Positions 1 to 13,686 of a stretch of DNA of 64,000 nt are shown piece after piece; the first letter of the stretch is position 1, and the number at the start of each line of letters is the position of its first letter. The translations under genes and the position numbers were made by a program. The stretch lies in NCBI RefSeq assembly GCF_006345805.1, contig NC_043001.1, forward strand, positions 109,926,001-109,990,000, given 5' to 3'. The notes under the pieces were generated by a model. The model saw only the letters and a program-made list of their open reading frames with translations. It was not told where the DNA came from and made no database searches. The stretch comes from Octopus sinensis. Lineage: Eukaryota.

Positions 1-18
1 TTACGGTCACTAAAAAAA

Positions 19-180
19 TATAGGAGTGGCTGTGTGGTAAGTAGCTTGCTTACCAACCACATGGTTCCAGGTTCAGTCCCACTGCGTGGCCCTTGGGCAA
101 GTGTCTTTCACTATGGCCTCGAGCCGACCAAAGATTTGTGAGTGGATTTGGTAGAGGGATACTGAAAGAAGCCCGTCTTA

Positions 181-229
<49 letters not shown>

Positions 230-433
230 GTTTGTGTGTCTGTGTTTGTCCCCACCAACATCGCTTGACAACCGATGCTGGTGTGTTTGCGTACCCGTAG
301 AGACCGATAGAATAAGAACTAGGCTTACAAAGAAATAAGCCCTAGGGTAGATTTGCTCGACTAAAGGCGGTGCTCCTGCATGGCCGCAGTCAAATGACTG
401 AAACAATTAAAAGAGTCAAAGAGAGAGTAAAGA
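19..433 (+). mobile_element. tRNA-derived SINE, family A (CORE-like middle, internal TA/TG microsatellite)
   Basis: Pol III-like head GGAGTGGCTGTGTGGTAAG...GGTTCAGTCCC, CCTTGGGCAAGTGTCTT middle, (AAAGAGT)-like tail; at least 8 related copies in the window. Confidence 0.85.
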
Positions 434-1185
434 GTATATATCGTTTGTTTTTCATGAAAATAGACTATTTGAAGATTCGCGCAACAATAGAGATAACAAT
501 GGCAAAGACAGCTATGCATAAAATTACCCATCCCCGTTCGCTAAAATGGGTACCTTGTTTGAGGGATGGGAAACGGAATAAGACTCCATCACCCACCTCA
601 TTATTTCACGACAGGCGATGTGGAATGCAGCAAAAGTCGTTAACAAATTAGGAAATACGAAAAGCGACACCTGGTTGAATAAAGTAGATTTCTACGGGTT
701 GAATGCCTGTTGAACTTCAAACATGGACTCGTGGAAGATATCTGCTGTAGCTGGAAGCAGAACTGGGGATTTTACTAATCCTGTGAAAGGAAGTGTGGAG
801 ATGTAGCAGGTAGTGTTGATAATTCCGGCCATTTAGTCTGACAAGATATTTGTGTTTGTTGTTGATACTTTTGTAGGAGAGACATATAGATGTCACATCC
901 AAAAATCGAATTTCGCCCAGGTCGAATACATACGCTTTTAATCCTTTTGAGGTCGATAAAATAGGGATTAGCAATGGGATTGATCTTATCGAATTATCCC
1001 CTTCCTTGAACATGCTGGCTTGAATCCATCATGATGATGATAATCATCATCATCATCGTCGTCGGCATTTAAAAAATGCCTAATACTACTACTACTACTA
1101 CTACTACTATCACCATCACCACCACCACCACTACTACTACTACCACCACCAGCACCATCAGCAGCAGCACCACCACCACCACCAC

Positions 1186-1226
<41 letters not shown>

Positions 1227-1580
1227 GATGATGATGATGGTTATTGTTATTATTGTTTTTTTCCCTTCTTTCTTCAAATTTTCTTCCGTTTCTCGCCGAG
1301 TGTTTTCCGTATACCTAGGGCAGGAAACTCATTGTATGCATTCTCAGATTACACACGCAAATTCACAGATAAAATATGTATTTGAAAAATTAATAAAGAA
1401 ATAAATTCATGAATGGATGTTGCTTTCACAGCAATAATACTCTTCTTAGTACATTACTATTATTATTATTATTATTGTTGTTGTTGTCGTTGTTGTTGTT
1501 GCTGTTGTTGTTGTTATTATTGTTGTTGTTGTTATTTTTGTTGTTGTTGTTGTCGTTATTATCATTATTTTTATTATTAC

Positions 1581-1800
1581 TAACGCAGCGAGCTGACAGA
1601 AACGTTAGCACGCCGGGCGAAATGCTTAGCAGTATTTCGTCTGCCGCTACGTTCTAAATTCAAATTTTGCCGAGGTCGCCTTCGCCTGTCATCGTTTCGG
1701 GATCGATGACATAAGTACCAGTTACACACTTGGGTCGATATAATCGACTAGCCCCCTTCCCCCAAAATTTTCAAGGCCTTGTGCCTGAGTTGAATTAATA
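1581..1800 (+). mobile_element. tRNA-derived SINE, family B
   Basis: GCGAGCTGACAGAAACGTTAGCACGCCGGGCGAAATGC head, TTCAAAT B-box region, GATCGATGACATAAGTACCAG (variant of GGTCGATAAATTAAGTACCAG) middle; many copies in the window. Confidence 0.85.
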
Positions 1801-1900
1801 ATAATAATAATGTTAATAGTAATAATAATAATAATAATAATAATGATAGTTATTATTATTATTAGTAGTAGTATTAGTATGATTGTTGTTTTTGTTGTTG

Positions 1901-1936
<36 letters not shown>

Positions 1937-2790
1937 TATTATTATCAGATGGTGGCCTACTGAATAGATAATGCATAGCAAAAAAAACAAAAACAAAACA
2001 TAACAAAACAGAATGCCATGCACAATTTTATCACCTACTTTCACTTTGAGATCAATTCCCGCCATGGTAGCTTACGTTGATAAAATACGCACCTGTCAAG
2101 TACCGGAGTTGAGTTAATCGATTACACCTCTCTCTACAAATCCATGGCCTTTTGCCAAATTTAGAAACGGCTGTATGTTCGACAGTCTGTATCAGTTCGT
2201 TTATTTGCAGGTGCATACGTATGCATGCATGTATGTATAGAATTATGTGTGTATTTAGATATAAAGTATTGTATATTGTGCTAAATGTGGGCGACTGTAG
2301 CCATCTAACTAAAAATATTGTGATGACGTCAAACGCATATCACGTGACTAGAAGCTGAATATCTAGTAATAGCTACTAGTCTGTTAATTCCGCCTTTAAG
2401 CGTGAAAAACATATTATAGCCTGCTTCGAACCCATTCATAAACTGAAGCACATGTCAAGACACACTTATCGTATTTTAGAAGGAAAGCGCGCGTGCGCAA
2501 GGCGTATGTGTATGCGTGTGTATTGTAAACGTATATATGCACACATTCGTACATACATACAACATACACACACACACTTGCACACACACACACACATACA
2601 CACACACACACACGCATATATATATATAATATATATATATATAATATATATATATATATATCACAAACACACACGCATACATAGATATTATATACACAAA
2701 TATTTACAACGTGTATGTGTAAGTATGTATATGTGAGTGCGTGTATGTTTGTGTGTAAATATATATATGCATATATATGTATATATATAC

Positions 2791-2893
<103 letters not shown>

Positions 2894-4171
2894 AGTATAG
2901 TATATTATAATAGTGTGTTTGCGCGTGCGTATGTGCGGATGTATATGTGTGTGTGGGGAGGGTGCACCTGCATTTATATGCATATTTCATTTCGGCGTTT
3001 TGGTGATGACGCTTGTTACAAAGCAATCGCTTTCTTCCGGGTTCGAACCTACTCACCCTCACTTCTTGTGCAAGTGTCTTCTTTTATAGCATCGGGTTAA
3101 CCAATTCGCTGCAAATGAAAATTGGTTCAAAACACCAATCTGTGTAAGGACTTCAAAGTAACTACTATGTTTATAGAAATCCTTTAGTGTGTTATATATA
3201 TGTGGGTGAGTGTGTGCATGTGCATAAATATTGGGTGTATGTATAGAGAGTATATGTTTCTACGTGTGTTATGTTTTGAGTTTTTCGCTTGTGTAAATGC
3301 TAATGTTGTTGTTTGGGCTATGTCACTGGAAGCCCTGTGGTTTATTTATTACACGAACAGTTAACAATGCAGAAATACCGAACTTAAAGAAGCAGCTAAG
3401 TTCACGTTATCGAACAGATCTTAATACTTCGACCTGCAGCAGACGTATTTATGCTATAACATTCTCCTACCGTTTTGTGGTGCACATTTTTGTACCAATT
3501 TCGTATCCTACAATAATGTTGATTTCAAATTTTGGCTCAAAGCCAGCATTTCCCGGAGAGGAGCTAATTGGATTACATAAACTCCATTGCTCAACTGGTA
3601 CTTATTTTATCGATCACAAGAGGATGAATGGCAAATGAATCCCGGCGGAATTTTTAACTCACCGATAAAATAACGCTAATTATCACTGTGCAACAAATTT
3701 CAGGTTAAAAAAAAGTACAAGTTAAGTAAGACTTGTTTCTGGGTCAAAAAATTGTCCTAATTCTGATTCTGACCTTTATTTCTCCAGATTAGGCACCGTT
3801 TTCCTGTACCATGAATCATATGTTTTGGAATATACTGCATAATATTGCGTATTGAACACAACATTGCAAATACTGAAAGTTACAAAAAAAAGAACAAAAA
3901 TTTAGTTGATATAACAAAACATATATTGGTTATGAATTAAGAACACACCTGTCAGTTTAAACACCTTTTGTCCTTCTGAGCCTCTTGTGCGGAGTGTGGT
4001 CGTCTTTTTTTTTATACCCCAACAGTAGTCTGCTAACATGCCAGGGTTCCATTTTCCTTTGAATCGTCGTTCCATCACAGAAATATCCTAGGTGTGACTT
4101 AGAAAGAAAATTCTCTCAGTAGATTGATAAATTCAACAATTCTTTATTTACTTCTAGTAATATATCACCTG

Positions 4172-4444
4172 TGGAGGCGCAAAAGCCTAGTGGTCAGGGC
4201 AGCAGACTCGCGGTTTCGATTCCCAGACAGAGTTTTGTGTGTGTTTATTGAGCGAAAACACCTAAAGCTCCACAAGTCTCCGGCAGGGGGGGGGGGCGAC
4301 CCCTGTTGTACTCCTTCGCCACAACTTTCTCTCTCTTCCTGTTTCTTGAGTAACGCTGCCATGGTCTGGCGTCCCGTCCAGCTGGGGGGAACACATACGC
4401 GACAGAAACCGGGAAACCGGGCCCATGAGCCTGGCAGTTTTTCT
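4172..4444 (+). mobile_element. Chimeric SINE (family C head + family D tail) with 14-bp TSD
   Basis: TAATATATCACCTG at 4158-4171 and 4445-4458; 5' part matches the copy at 31933, 3' part matches the 3' end of the copy at 13427-13686. Confidence 0.8.
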
Positions 4445-4653
4445 TAATATATCACCTGCGATGTTTGTGCAAGCGCCACACCTCAGGTAATCATCGTAAC
4501 GTCCTTAAAATTCGGCACCCCTGCGGCAAATATAATAAAAAAATATCCATCATCACCATTACCACCTTCGTCATGAATGTATTTCTTATAGACATCATTG
4601 TCTTCGTTAGGATAATCATCAACCTCCTCCTCCTCCTCCTCATCATCATCATT

Positions 4654-4715
<62 letters not shown>

Positions 4716-4967
4716 CATTATTATTATTATTATTACTATTATTATTATTATTATTATTATTATTAAACTGAAATTGGTATCACGAAGTAGTATTGACTTT
4801 TAACTGTAAATCTGGTTCATTCATGTGCAGAAAATGTAACGGAAACTCCCTCACTACACCGTTGGATTTCCACTATGTATCGCAACCTTATCAAGCCACA
4901 TGTATGAGTATATTATATATCTACTTATATATAAATATATAAGTGTATATATATATATATATATTAT

Positions 4968-4999
<32 letters not shown>

Positions 5000-5010
5000 C
5001 ACATACATAC

Positions 5011-5089
<79 letters not shown>

Positions 5090-5113
5090 TATATATATAT
5101 CCATATATGTATG

Positions 5114-5173
<60 letters not shown>

Positions 5174-6484
5174 CGAATATATGTAGTAATACATATTTAC
5201 GTATACACCCTCAACCACACACATATATATATGTATATATATGTATATATATATACACACATGCGTTCACACAAACACACACACACCTAAATACACACAT
5301 ATGCGCGTATAAAATTCTCTGAGAATGCATTTTAGCTATTTTTATTCTAAAGCAAATTTCGTGACGAAAATGCAACCCATTCCCAATATGTCACATATTT
5401 TCTTCATCTTCGTGTCTCGATATATTTTATATATATATATTCCCTTTCGCTTTTTTATTACTTTATTTATCTCAGTCGAAAATACTTCTTTCCACTATAA
5501 ATCTGTTATTCCTAGATATGAATGCCTGTAGAAAAATGATTGAATATGTCAACGCCTTACTTTAATAACTTTTACTGTCGTAAATAAAACGCATTATTTC
5601 GAGAATGCCATTGATACTCGTATCAATTGACATGAGACCATATAAGGATTAGCAGCAGCTTTGCTGTTGCTTTGTTCGTTGTTATTACCGTTTCGTCTTA
5701 ACCCTGTGTCAAATGTTGTTAAGTATAAATGTGATAAAATGCAATCTTTAAGACCTTCATTCTAAGACAACGTTGTTTCCGGTTTGTTCGTTTCCAAGCC
5801 AACTTTGTATCATAAAGTGGTAGTGATAGTCGGTCGTGCCTTCGTACCCAACAGGTGTTCTACAGGTGTGCTATGTGTGACAGGCTGGATCTGGCTGGTT
5901 TTGAACATAAAACATGTAGAATATTTGGGCCTGGTATGGCCAGTTGAAATGCTAAAAGTTTAAACATATAAACAGTATATATTTTAGATTCGAGGAGGTA
6001 TCATTTGCTGCAGCATTTGATTTCATCCTGCTATTACCAAATTTCAATTGATCCTGCTATTAAAAAAATTCAATTGTTTTCCAGTGTTTCCGATTCGCTT
6101 TTATTTTTTATTGCCGGAAGAAAGGTAATTGAAAAGCCAGAGTTGTCGGAATTTAGGAAATATTTCTCGCAGGTTTAGAATTCTTTAGTTTTTGGGATTA
6201 TACACCACCGAGGTCATCATTGCCCTCAACATTTATGCCATTGATCTCATCAATCAATTTATGCAAGCAATTTCAGTAATGAACTCACTGCCTTCAAAAT
6301 TACAGGTCTTGTGCCTATATGGTTGTAATTAATGTAATTATTGCTACTTTTCACAGTTTCAGCTTATTTCACCAAGGATGTTCTTTCCCGAGCAAAATAT
6401 CTTCCCTATTACCTACACAGGAATCTATATGTACTTTGGTGAACTCCAAGCACTCTTCCATTGATATTGATTATCTTCTTAATA

Positions 6485-6521
<37 letters not shown>

Positions 6522-6523
<2 letters not shown>

Positions 6524-7077
6524 CCGTGATGCAGTATCAGGCAGTGGCTGTCGTGGCTTCTGATCTTAACTGATTGGAAGTGTTATCATGTACATTGTTT
6601 TGTCTGTGTATATAAGATGGGCTACAGCAAATATTCTGCTCAATACCACAGATTTGCTTTTCAGTTGTTTGACCTTAACCAGTTGAGCATGTCCGTTAGT
6701 GACTGACGATATGCACATCTCTGATCACGAGTAGAAGTAGTGGGGGAGCATCATAGCCATGTGTTGAGAGGAAGTTTTGGGGATTTGAATAATTCACCTC
6801 TGGAATATGGGTGTTTCTTTCAACATCCTTAAACAACCCTTATTCAGTAACCTTTTGAGCGGGATGGGTTACTCGACTAGAAGAAAATTCTAACTGGGCC
6901 CCACCTGCAAAGTCATGTGCTGTTGATCTTGATATGAGATCACCATGTCATGCACATATATGGATGTGATGCATGTGCCTAGTGTATCCTTATCAGACGG
7001 GCAGTCATGATGGGCATACTGGGCTTCGTACATTCTAACGCAGTGTCACTTTGATGGCATGCACTGCTCTCTCACTG
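6522..7077 (-). mobile_element. Non-autonomous retroposon, family E (~550 bp, (ATT)n tail)
   Basis: Clearly homologous to 36924-37470 over its full length and flanked by (AAT)n tracts. Orientation is inferred from the tail. Confidence 0.75.
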
Positions 7078-7110
7078 AATAATAATAACAACAGCATCAA
7101 CAACAACAAC

Positions 7111-7240
<130 letters not shown>

Positions 7241-7387
7241 TAGTAGTAGTAGTAGTAGTGGTGGTGATGGTGGTGGTGGTGATTATGGTAGTGGTGATGG
7301 TGATAGTAGTTGTAGTAGTGAACACAGACCCGAACAAACAATGAACATGTTGGCTTTGTGAGTCTTCAATATACCCTTGAGTTTCAA

Positions 7388-8408
7388 TAAAGTATTTCGC
7401 TTATATCTTCGATGTTATTTAAGAGAAGAAATAAATTAAGTACGTTGGGAATGCCTTTCTTTCATTTTAAGATATTACCATTCCATTTTGACGTAAACTC
7501 AGTGGCAAAATTGACATTAGAAGATCCGTTTCTAAGAAGAAAGAAAATTATGAGAAGAAAAAAACAAAGCAACGAATAATATTTATGAACACAACACATA
7601 AAAATAAATAAGACAGCAAATGAAAAAAAAACAGAGAGAGAATGACATTTCCAGAAAGCAACGTGGCATAACAGACAAGAGATGTGACAAAATGCTAATA
7701 TATGTCATGTAAAGGCGGCGAGCTGGCAGAGACGTTAGCACACAGGGCGAAATGCTTTGTGGTATTTCGTCCGCCGCTGCGTTCTGAGTTCAAATTCCGC
7801 CGAGGTCGACTTTGCCTTTCATCCTTTCGGGGTCGATAAATTAAGTACCAGTGACGCACTGGGGTCGATATAATCGACTGAATCCGTTTGTCTGTCCTTG
7901 TTTGTCCCCTCTATGTTTAGCCCCTTGTGGGTAGTAAAGAAATAGGTATTTCGTCTGCCGTTACATTCTGAGGTCAAATTCCACCGAGTTTGACTTTGCC
8001 TTTCAATAAATTAAGTACTAGTTGGGGTCGATGTAATCGATTGGCCCTCTTCCCCAATATTTCAGGCCTTGTCCCTAGTAGAAAAGAACAAAGTATTTGA
8101 CATATATCTTCGATGTTATTTAAAGCAAGAAATTAATTAAGCACATTGGGAATGCCTTTCTTATATTTTAAAATATTACCATTCCATTTTGACGTAAACC
8201 TAATGGCAAAATTGACATTAGAAGATCTTTTTCTCAGAAGAAAGAAAATTAAAAGAAAAAAAAAACAACGCAACAAATAATATTTATGAACACAACACAT
8301 AAAAAAAAATAAGACTGAAAATAAAAATGAGAGTGCGAATGACATTTCCACAAAGCAGCGTAGCATAACAGACAAGAGGTGTGAAAAAGCGCTAATACAC
8401 GTCAGGTA
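7388..8408. repeat. Diverged direct duplication of a ~320-bp unique segment (7388-7711 / 8089-8408)
   Basis: Both copies read AAAGTATTT...ATCTTCGATGTTATTTAA...CCATTCCATTTTGACGTAAAC...GACATTTCCA...ACAGACAAGAG; a SINE cluster lies between them. Confidence 0.85.
7712..8088 (+). mobile_element. Family B SINE plus a second partial copy
   Basis: AAGGCGGCGAGCTGGCAGAGACGTTAGC head at 7712, ...AAAGAAATA tail near 7940, then a second truncated copy. Confidence 0.85.
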
Positions 8409-8585
8409 ATTCTGTCGACAAATGTGGTGAAATATAACAATATGAAACTTTGTTTTTAACACAAAAAAACCCCCAAAAAACTGAGAACTCTCTAACAATT
8501 GGCAGCATCAACTTAAGCTTTGCAGAGTTTTGTGCACAGCACAGGTGTCAGCCTATACAAGCTTTACTACCCACAAATGTGTGTA

Positions 8586-8622
<37 letters not shown>

Positions 8623-8623
8623 T

Positions 8624-8653
<30 letters not shown>

Positions 8654-8661
<8 letters not shown>

Positions 8662-8815
8662 TTATAGAAGGAGCTTCTACAGGACTAGAACTGTTTCATT
8701 CAATTGAATGAAACAGTTCTAGTCCTGTAGAAGCTCTTCTATAAAATAAATTGATTTACTCTGCTATGTATTGAGTACTTTATTTACTGTGGTTAACCCG
8801 CGAACCAACCCGGGA

Positions 8816-8816
<1 letters not shown>
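8654..8816. mobile_element. Fold-back copy of the HHR-bearing family seen at 45.9 kb, lacking the CTGATGA core
   Basis: Near-perfect palindrome 8654-8752 centred on CAATTG (8701-8706); same 3' tail (TTTACTCTGCTATGTATTGAGTAC...CCCGGGACCTA) as 45856-46053. Confidence 0.8.
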
Positions 8817-8869
<53 letters not shown>

Positions 8870-8883
8870 GTGGTGTGTGTGTG

Positions 8884-9045
8884 TTTCTCTTAATTCTTTT
8901 ACTTGTTTCAGTCATTTGACTGCAGCCATGCTGGAGTACCGCCTTTTCGTCGAACATATCGTCCTCAGGACTTATTCTGCTAAGTAACTGGGTCATAAAC
9001 ACACCAGCATCGATTGTCAAGCGATGCTGGGGACAAACAAACACA
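8884..9045 (-). mobile_element. Family A SINE, 3' half
   Basis: CTTTTACTTGTTTCAGTCATTTGACTGCAGCCATGCTGG...GACAAACA is the reverse complement of the family A tail. Confidence 0.8.
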
Positions 9046-9222
9046 CACACACACACACACACAGGCACACACACACACACACGCACACACACAGAAAGAG
9101 GCACACACACACACGTACACACACACACGCATATATATATTATCGATCATGTAAGAGAAAAAATGAACCCCCCATCAAAGGGTGACCCCAACTAGTGGAA
9201 AGTTGACTGTGTGCAAGTATTT

Positions 9223-9279
<57 letters not shown>

Positions 9280-9322
9280 ATGTATGTATTGAAGTGAAAG
9301 CATGTTATAAAAATAAAACTAC

Positions 9323-9323
9323 C

Positions 9324-9391
<68 letters not shown>

Positions 9392-9555
9392 GTAATAATA
9401 ACAACATCGAAAAATAACTTAAGAATGAGAATCTAGTTTCGAAATGTTCCCAAGACAACTGATGAAGGCTGGAGTGTATATCAGCCGAAACGTTGTGTTA
9501 ACAACAAGCAAAATGAGGACAAATGTCTGCCAAATGTAAATAATGTAAATAACGT
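9323..9555 (+). mobile_element. (AAT)n + hammerhead element, 5'-truncated (no tRNA head)
   Basis: Homologous to 33840-34088 after the (AAT)n tract. Confidence 0.8.
9454..9499 (+). ncRNA. Minimal type I hammerhead ribozyme motif (Penelope-like)
   Basis: GACAA-CTGATGA-A-GGCTG(GAGTGTATAT)CAGCC-GAAA-C-GTT-GTGTT. Core intact, stem III is the palindrome AACGTT (dimer-type), first stem I pair is mismatched in this copy. Confidence 0.65.
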
Positions 9556-9569
9556 AGAGAAATGTTTTG

Positions 9570-10120
9570 TTTTAAAATGAGCCCAAAAGGCTAGAGAAAC
9601 TATGAAATGCTTAAGACTGCTTGGGAATTAAATTTGTCTCTTGCGCAAAAGGTTGAAGAACGCCACAAAGAGGGTGAAACACGAAGAGAGGCGAGTGGAG
9701 GGAGAGGGATGTCAGAACATTAGACGTTGTTGAGAAAATTAGCAATTTTCTACATGTAGACCACCGAGTGTCTATATCCACAGTAACGATACAGTTTGGT
9801 GTGGCTGTTGCAATTGCGCACAGTTGTTCATGAATATCTGACCACGCGCAAATATCCTGCAAAGTTTGTTTCAAGATTGCTCAATGCCGAATATCCAGGT
9901 AACAAATTACTCAGTAGAAGTGGGTATCAGAAATGTCTCTCAGCCTCCATACAATCCAGACCTTGCTTGCTGTGAATTTAGTTGTTCCCTAAACTAAAGA
10001 ATAACCTCAGATGCAGTCATTTTGATGATAAAAGTTACTGTGACAAGGGGGTCTACTCATTTGCTAAGTAACAGGAGAACTACCACAAGAGCATTGATGG
10101 CAGATGATCTTACTTGGAAA
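9570..10120 (+). pseudogene. Decayed mariner transposase fragment
   Basis: Manual translation gives ...RKYPAKFVSRLL (WVPRLL-like) and QPPYNPDLACCEF..FPKLKNNLRCSHFDD (HPPYSPDLAPCDF-like), with frameshifts and deletions. Confidence 0.7.
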
Positions 10121-11616
10121 GAGATTAGAATTTTTTTACTTCTTTGAAGTTAATAAATATGACTTCTGAAAATGCCTGAAAACGTCTGGAGTTTACTAGT
10201 ATGATACATATGAAGGAGGGATTCAGTTGCAAAATTTCCAAGAAATTGCACTTTTGGAACCATGGGTTAAACCTCGAAGGAAAAATGTAAAAGCTTTTAA
10301 GTTTATGTAGCTTACAGTGAAAGGTAGATATATAGATTTGAAATACCATTTGTAAATACACCTGACAAATTCCTTTTGCATTTTGCTGTGTATGTTGTGA
10401 TTATCACTAATGGTTAATTCGTTGACGTCACAGATCTTAATAAGTGTCATCATTTCTCGTGATATATCTTTAAGTTTACGCAAAAACCTGCACGATTCTT
10501 GTCTACTATCAATAAACATTATTATCATTGAATCTTGGTCAAGTTTCATTTTTTATCGGAAACCTGTTATGTTGAATTTGATATTAGATTGCATTGTGTA
10601 CCCTATCACATCGCCTCTAGGATTTCATCACCTCTACTTTATTCCGAGACATAACAATTCATATATTTCATACGCCCAAAGTGAAGGAAAACCATTATTG
10701 TCCACTAGAAAACCAGAAAAAATAAACTCTTCGCTTCCGTAACAAATGCACAATAGCTATATATGGTTAAATGTTATCGAATTCATATCAACATTTATGG
10801 ATGGTATCAAATATTTATAGAATATTCAACTTACAGTGAATAGATCCATACTCATGTGGAATTGATCCACATCGAATGAATCCTTTAGTTCGTCATGCTT
10901 CTTGCCTATGCATTATTATTTTATTTTCGTATGTATTCATTTCTACTATAAGTGTATATATTTCTTTGTTTCAAACTAAAACGAGTGACAGTTTGACAGC
11001 ATAAATTAAGTATAGTTTATTTCTATATATATTTTCGTAGAATACGTACTCCAATATGACAGTTCCTAAAATAAAGGTGGCATCAATTAGAAAGTGAAAG
11101 TGAAACCTATATCGAAAGTAAATGGCTGCGTTTTACGTACTTCGCATTTCATATTCTCATTTATTTACATTTTTTTGCGATATTTTTATGAGAACCATAT
11201 TAAAAAAGTCAATGCTGAAAATGATGGCGATCACGATATTCTCCGTACAGTATTTTAAAGTCTTCTTTAATTTCTTATTCATAATTTGGTCTTCCGTTTA
11301 ATACTTGTTATTTTTTTAGTTCTGTTTTCACCAGTAAATTAATTTTTGTATTTTTATAAGCTTTCTATTTATTGTCTATTGAAAACACGTGAAAATATAT
11401 TTGCAGGCAATATTCGTGTCGTTCTATTCATTTGGATTTCATTCGTGTATAAATTTGGAATATACAAAATTATTATATTTTAGTCGTATGTTTGGATGTA
11501 TGGTTAAGGAGTTCCCGTCGCAATAAAGTAGTCTCAGTCCCACCGCCTTCGCAGCACCTGTATTCCCTGACCTGATAGATTTGGTAGTTGAAAACTGTCT
11601 GGAAGCCACTGGGATG

Positions 11617-11618
11617 TA

Positions 11619-11700
<82 letters not shown>

Positions 11701-11903
11701 CCTGTCTGTCTGTCTGTCTGATGTCTGTCTGTCTCTATCTATCTATCTTTCTGTCTATCTATCTATCTGTCTGTCTGTCTATCTATCTACCTATGTATGT
11801 ATGTATGTATGTATGTATGTATGTATGTATGTATGTATGTATGTATGTATCTAGCTATCTATCTATCTATCTATGTATGTATGTATGTATGTATGTATGT
11901 ATG

Positions 11904-11944
<41 letters not shown>

Positions 11945-11983
11945 GTCTCTCTGTCTGTCTCTGTCTATCTATCTGTCTGTCTA

Positions 11984-12034
<51 letters not shown>

Positions 12035-12072
12035 ATATCTATCTATCTATATATCTATCTATCTATCTCTCT
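11617..12072. repeat. Compound tetranucleotide microsatellite (TCTA)n/(TCTG)n/(TATG)n
   Basis: Directly visible; accounts for the IYLS/MYVC ORFs. Confidence 0.95.
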
Positions 12073-12413
12073 GTGTGCTTTCATATGTATGCGTGTTAGT
12101 GAGTATGTGCGTGTCTTTGTGATTGCGTCTTTCTTCTCACCACTCGGCAACAAGTTTTGCTCTGTTAAACTTCATAGTAAGATTTGAATTCAGCGTAAGG
12201 GACCGACAGAATAAGCAGGAAGCAAACTTCAAAAAAAAAAAAAGGAAAAAAAAAAGAATTACGAAGTACTGAATTGGTTTTGATCGAGTCTACCCCAAAA
12301 TGGCTGTCATTTAATGACTGAAACAAACAGTATTTATCTATATATCTATTGACCTCAATACAGATATACACACGCGCCACACACATACATATGCGCACAA
12401 CATACACACAATC

Positions 12414-12458
<45 letters not shown>

Positions 12459-12486
12459 GTATATATATATAATATATATATCTATA

Positions 12487-12519
<33 letters not shown>

Positions 12520-12520
12520 G

Positions 12521-12551
<31 letters not shown>

Positions 12552-13426
12552 GGTAGATAGATATAGATATACACACATTAAGATTAAAAATTGCTTAACA
12601 AAAGTACAGTTGCCATCCTTAATAAGTGAATTTTCTTATCAATACCTGTAATGAACTTTAACTACATTTTTTTTATGTTCGCCTTCGACGTGGTACAAGG
12701 ACAAACATAATCTAGTAAGATTCTATTTAAGTGCTGGCAGTAACATTTCCACTTTCCCGTCGTAGAGTACTGATGAAACTCTTAGATTCTAGAAATTTGT
12801 CACTGAACATAAATAGTATATTTCATAAAAAGCCTCATCTTGCTTATGGTTTTGCCATTTTTAAGTCTCCTTGTCAATAATTGAATAAGTGAATTTCATG
12901 TCAGCCATTGAAATAATACTGGTGCGTTATTTCTCTCTGACCGAAGCCATGAATTCGATTTTGCTTTCTGAGCAGTTAAAATAATAACCACCAACAAAAC
13001 TATTTGTACATGTCATTTCGCAAGCTGTCTGCAGCAAGGGACATTGGTAATGATGTGTTAATACGTATTTAGTTCCTTCACTATAAAATAAATCATCGTA
13101 TCTAACGCGTGAATCTATGACACTTTATTCTCAGCAGAGACTACATCAGAGACTATAATTAATTTACAAAAACATCCGTTTACATAGATATTTCAACATG
13201 TGTGGGCATAGATTGCCAGTAAGCGTGTAATATTTATTAATTTGGTGATACTTATTTCGAACACATTTTCCAAAATTGGATTTATCTCAGCTAAAACTGT
13301 TAGATTTAAAATAATGCGGGTCAAATTATTTTACGTGAAATGAAATGCAATTTTATTGAAATTGATTGTAATTAAGGTAAATGGAATGAAAATCCAATAT
13401 TACATACAAACAATAATATACTCACA

Positions 13427-13686
13427 ATGTGGAAGCGCGTGGCTTAGTGGTTAAGGTGTTATCACCATGATCGTTCGATTGTGGTTTCGATTTCTGGACC
13501 GGGTGACGCGTTGTGTTCTTGAGCAAAACACTTCATTTCACGTTGCTCCAGTCCGCTCAGCTAGCAAAAATGAGTAACGCTGCGATGGACTGGCGTTCCG
13601 TCCAGCAGGGGAACACATAGAAACCGGGAAACCGGGCCCATGAGCTTGGCTAGGTTTTAAAAAGGGCGCATTTATTTATTTATTTT
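13427..13686 (+). mobile_element. tRNA-derived SINE, family D, with 11-bp TSD
   Basis: GCGTGGCTTAGTGGTT A box, GGTTTCGATT B box, GATGGACTGGCG..CCGTCCAG middle, (TTTA)n tail; ATATACTCACA at 13416-13426 and 13687-13697. Confidence 0.85.

Noticed and set aside
717-1013. 98-aa minus-strand ORF
   Set aside because: About half of it is a degenerate family B SINE (~900-990). The remainder could hide a small exon, but there is no supporting motif.
10125-10742. Overlapping 78-110 aa ORFs on both strands
   Set aside because: No recognisable motif or consistent splice signals; cannot be distinguished from chance.
12762-12805. CTGATGA...GAAA...GTC hammerhead-like string (core at 12770)
   Set aside because: No stem II between the core halves and no stem I complementarity; single copy.
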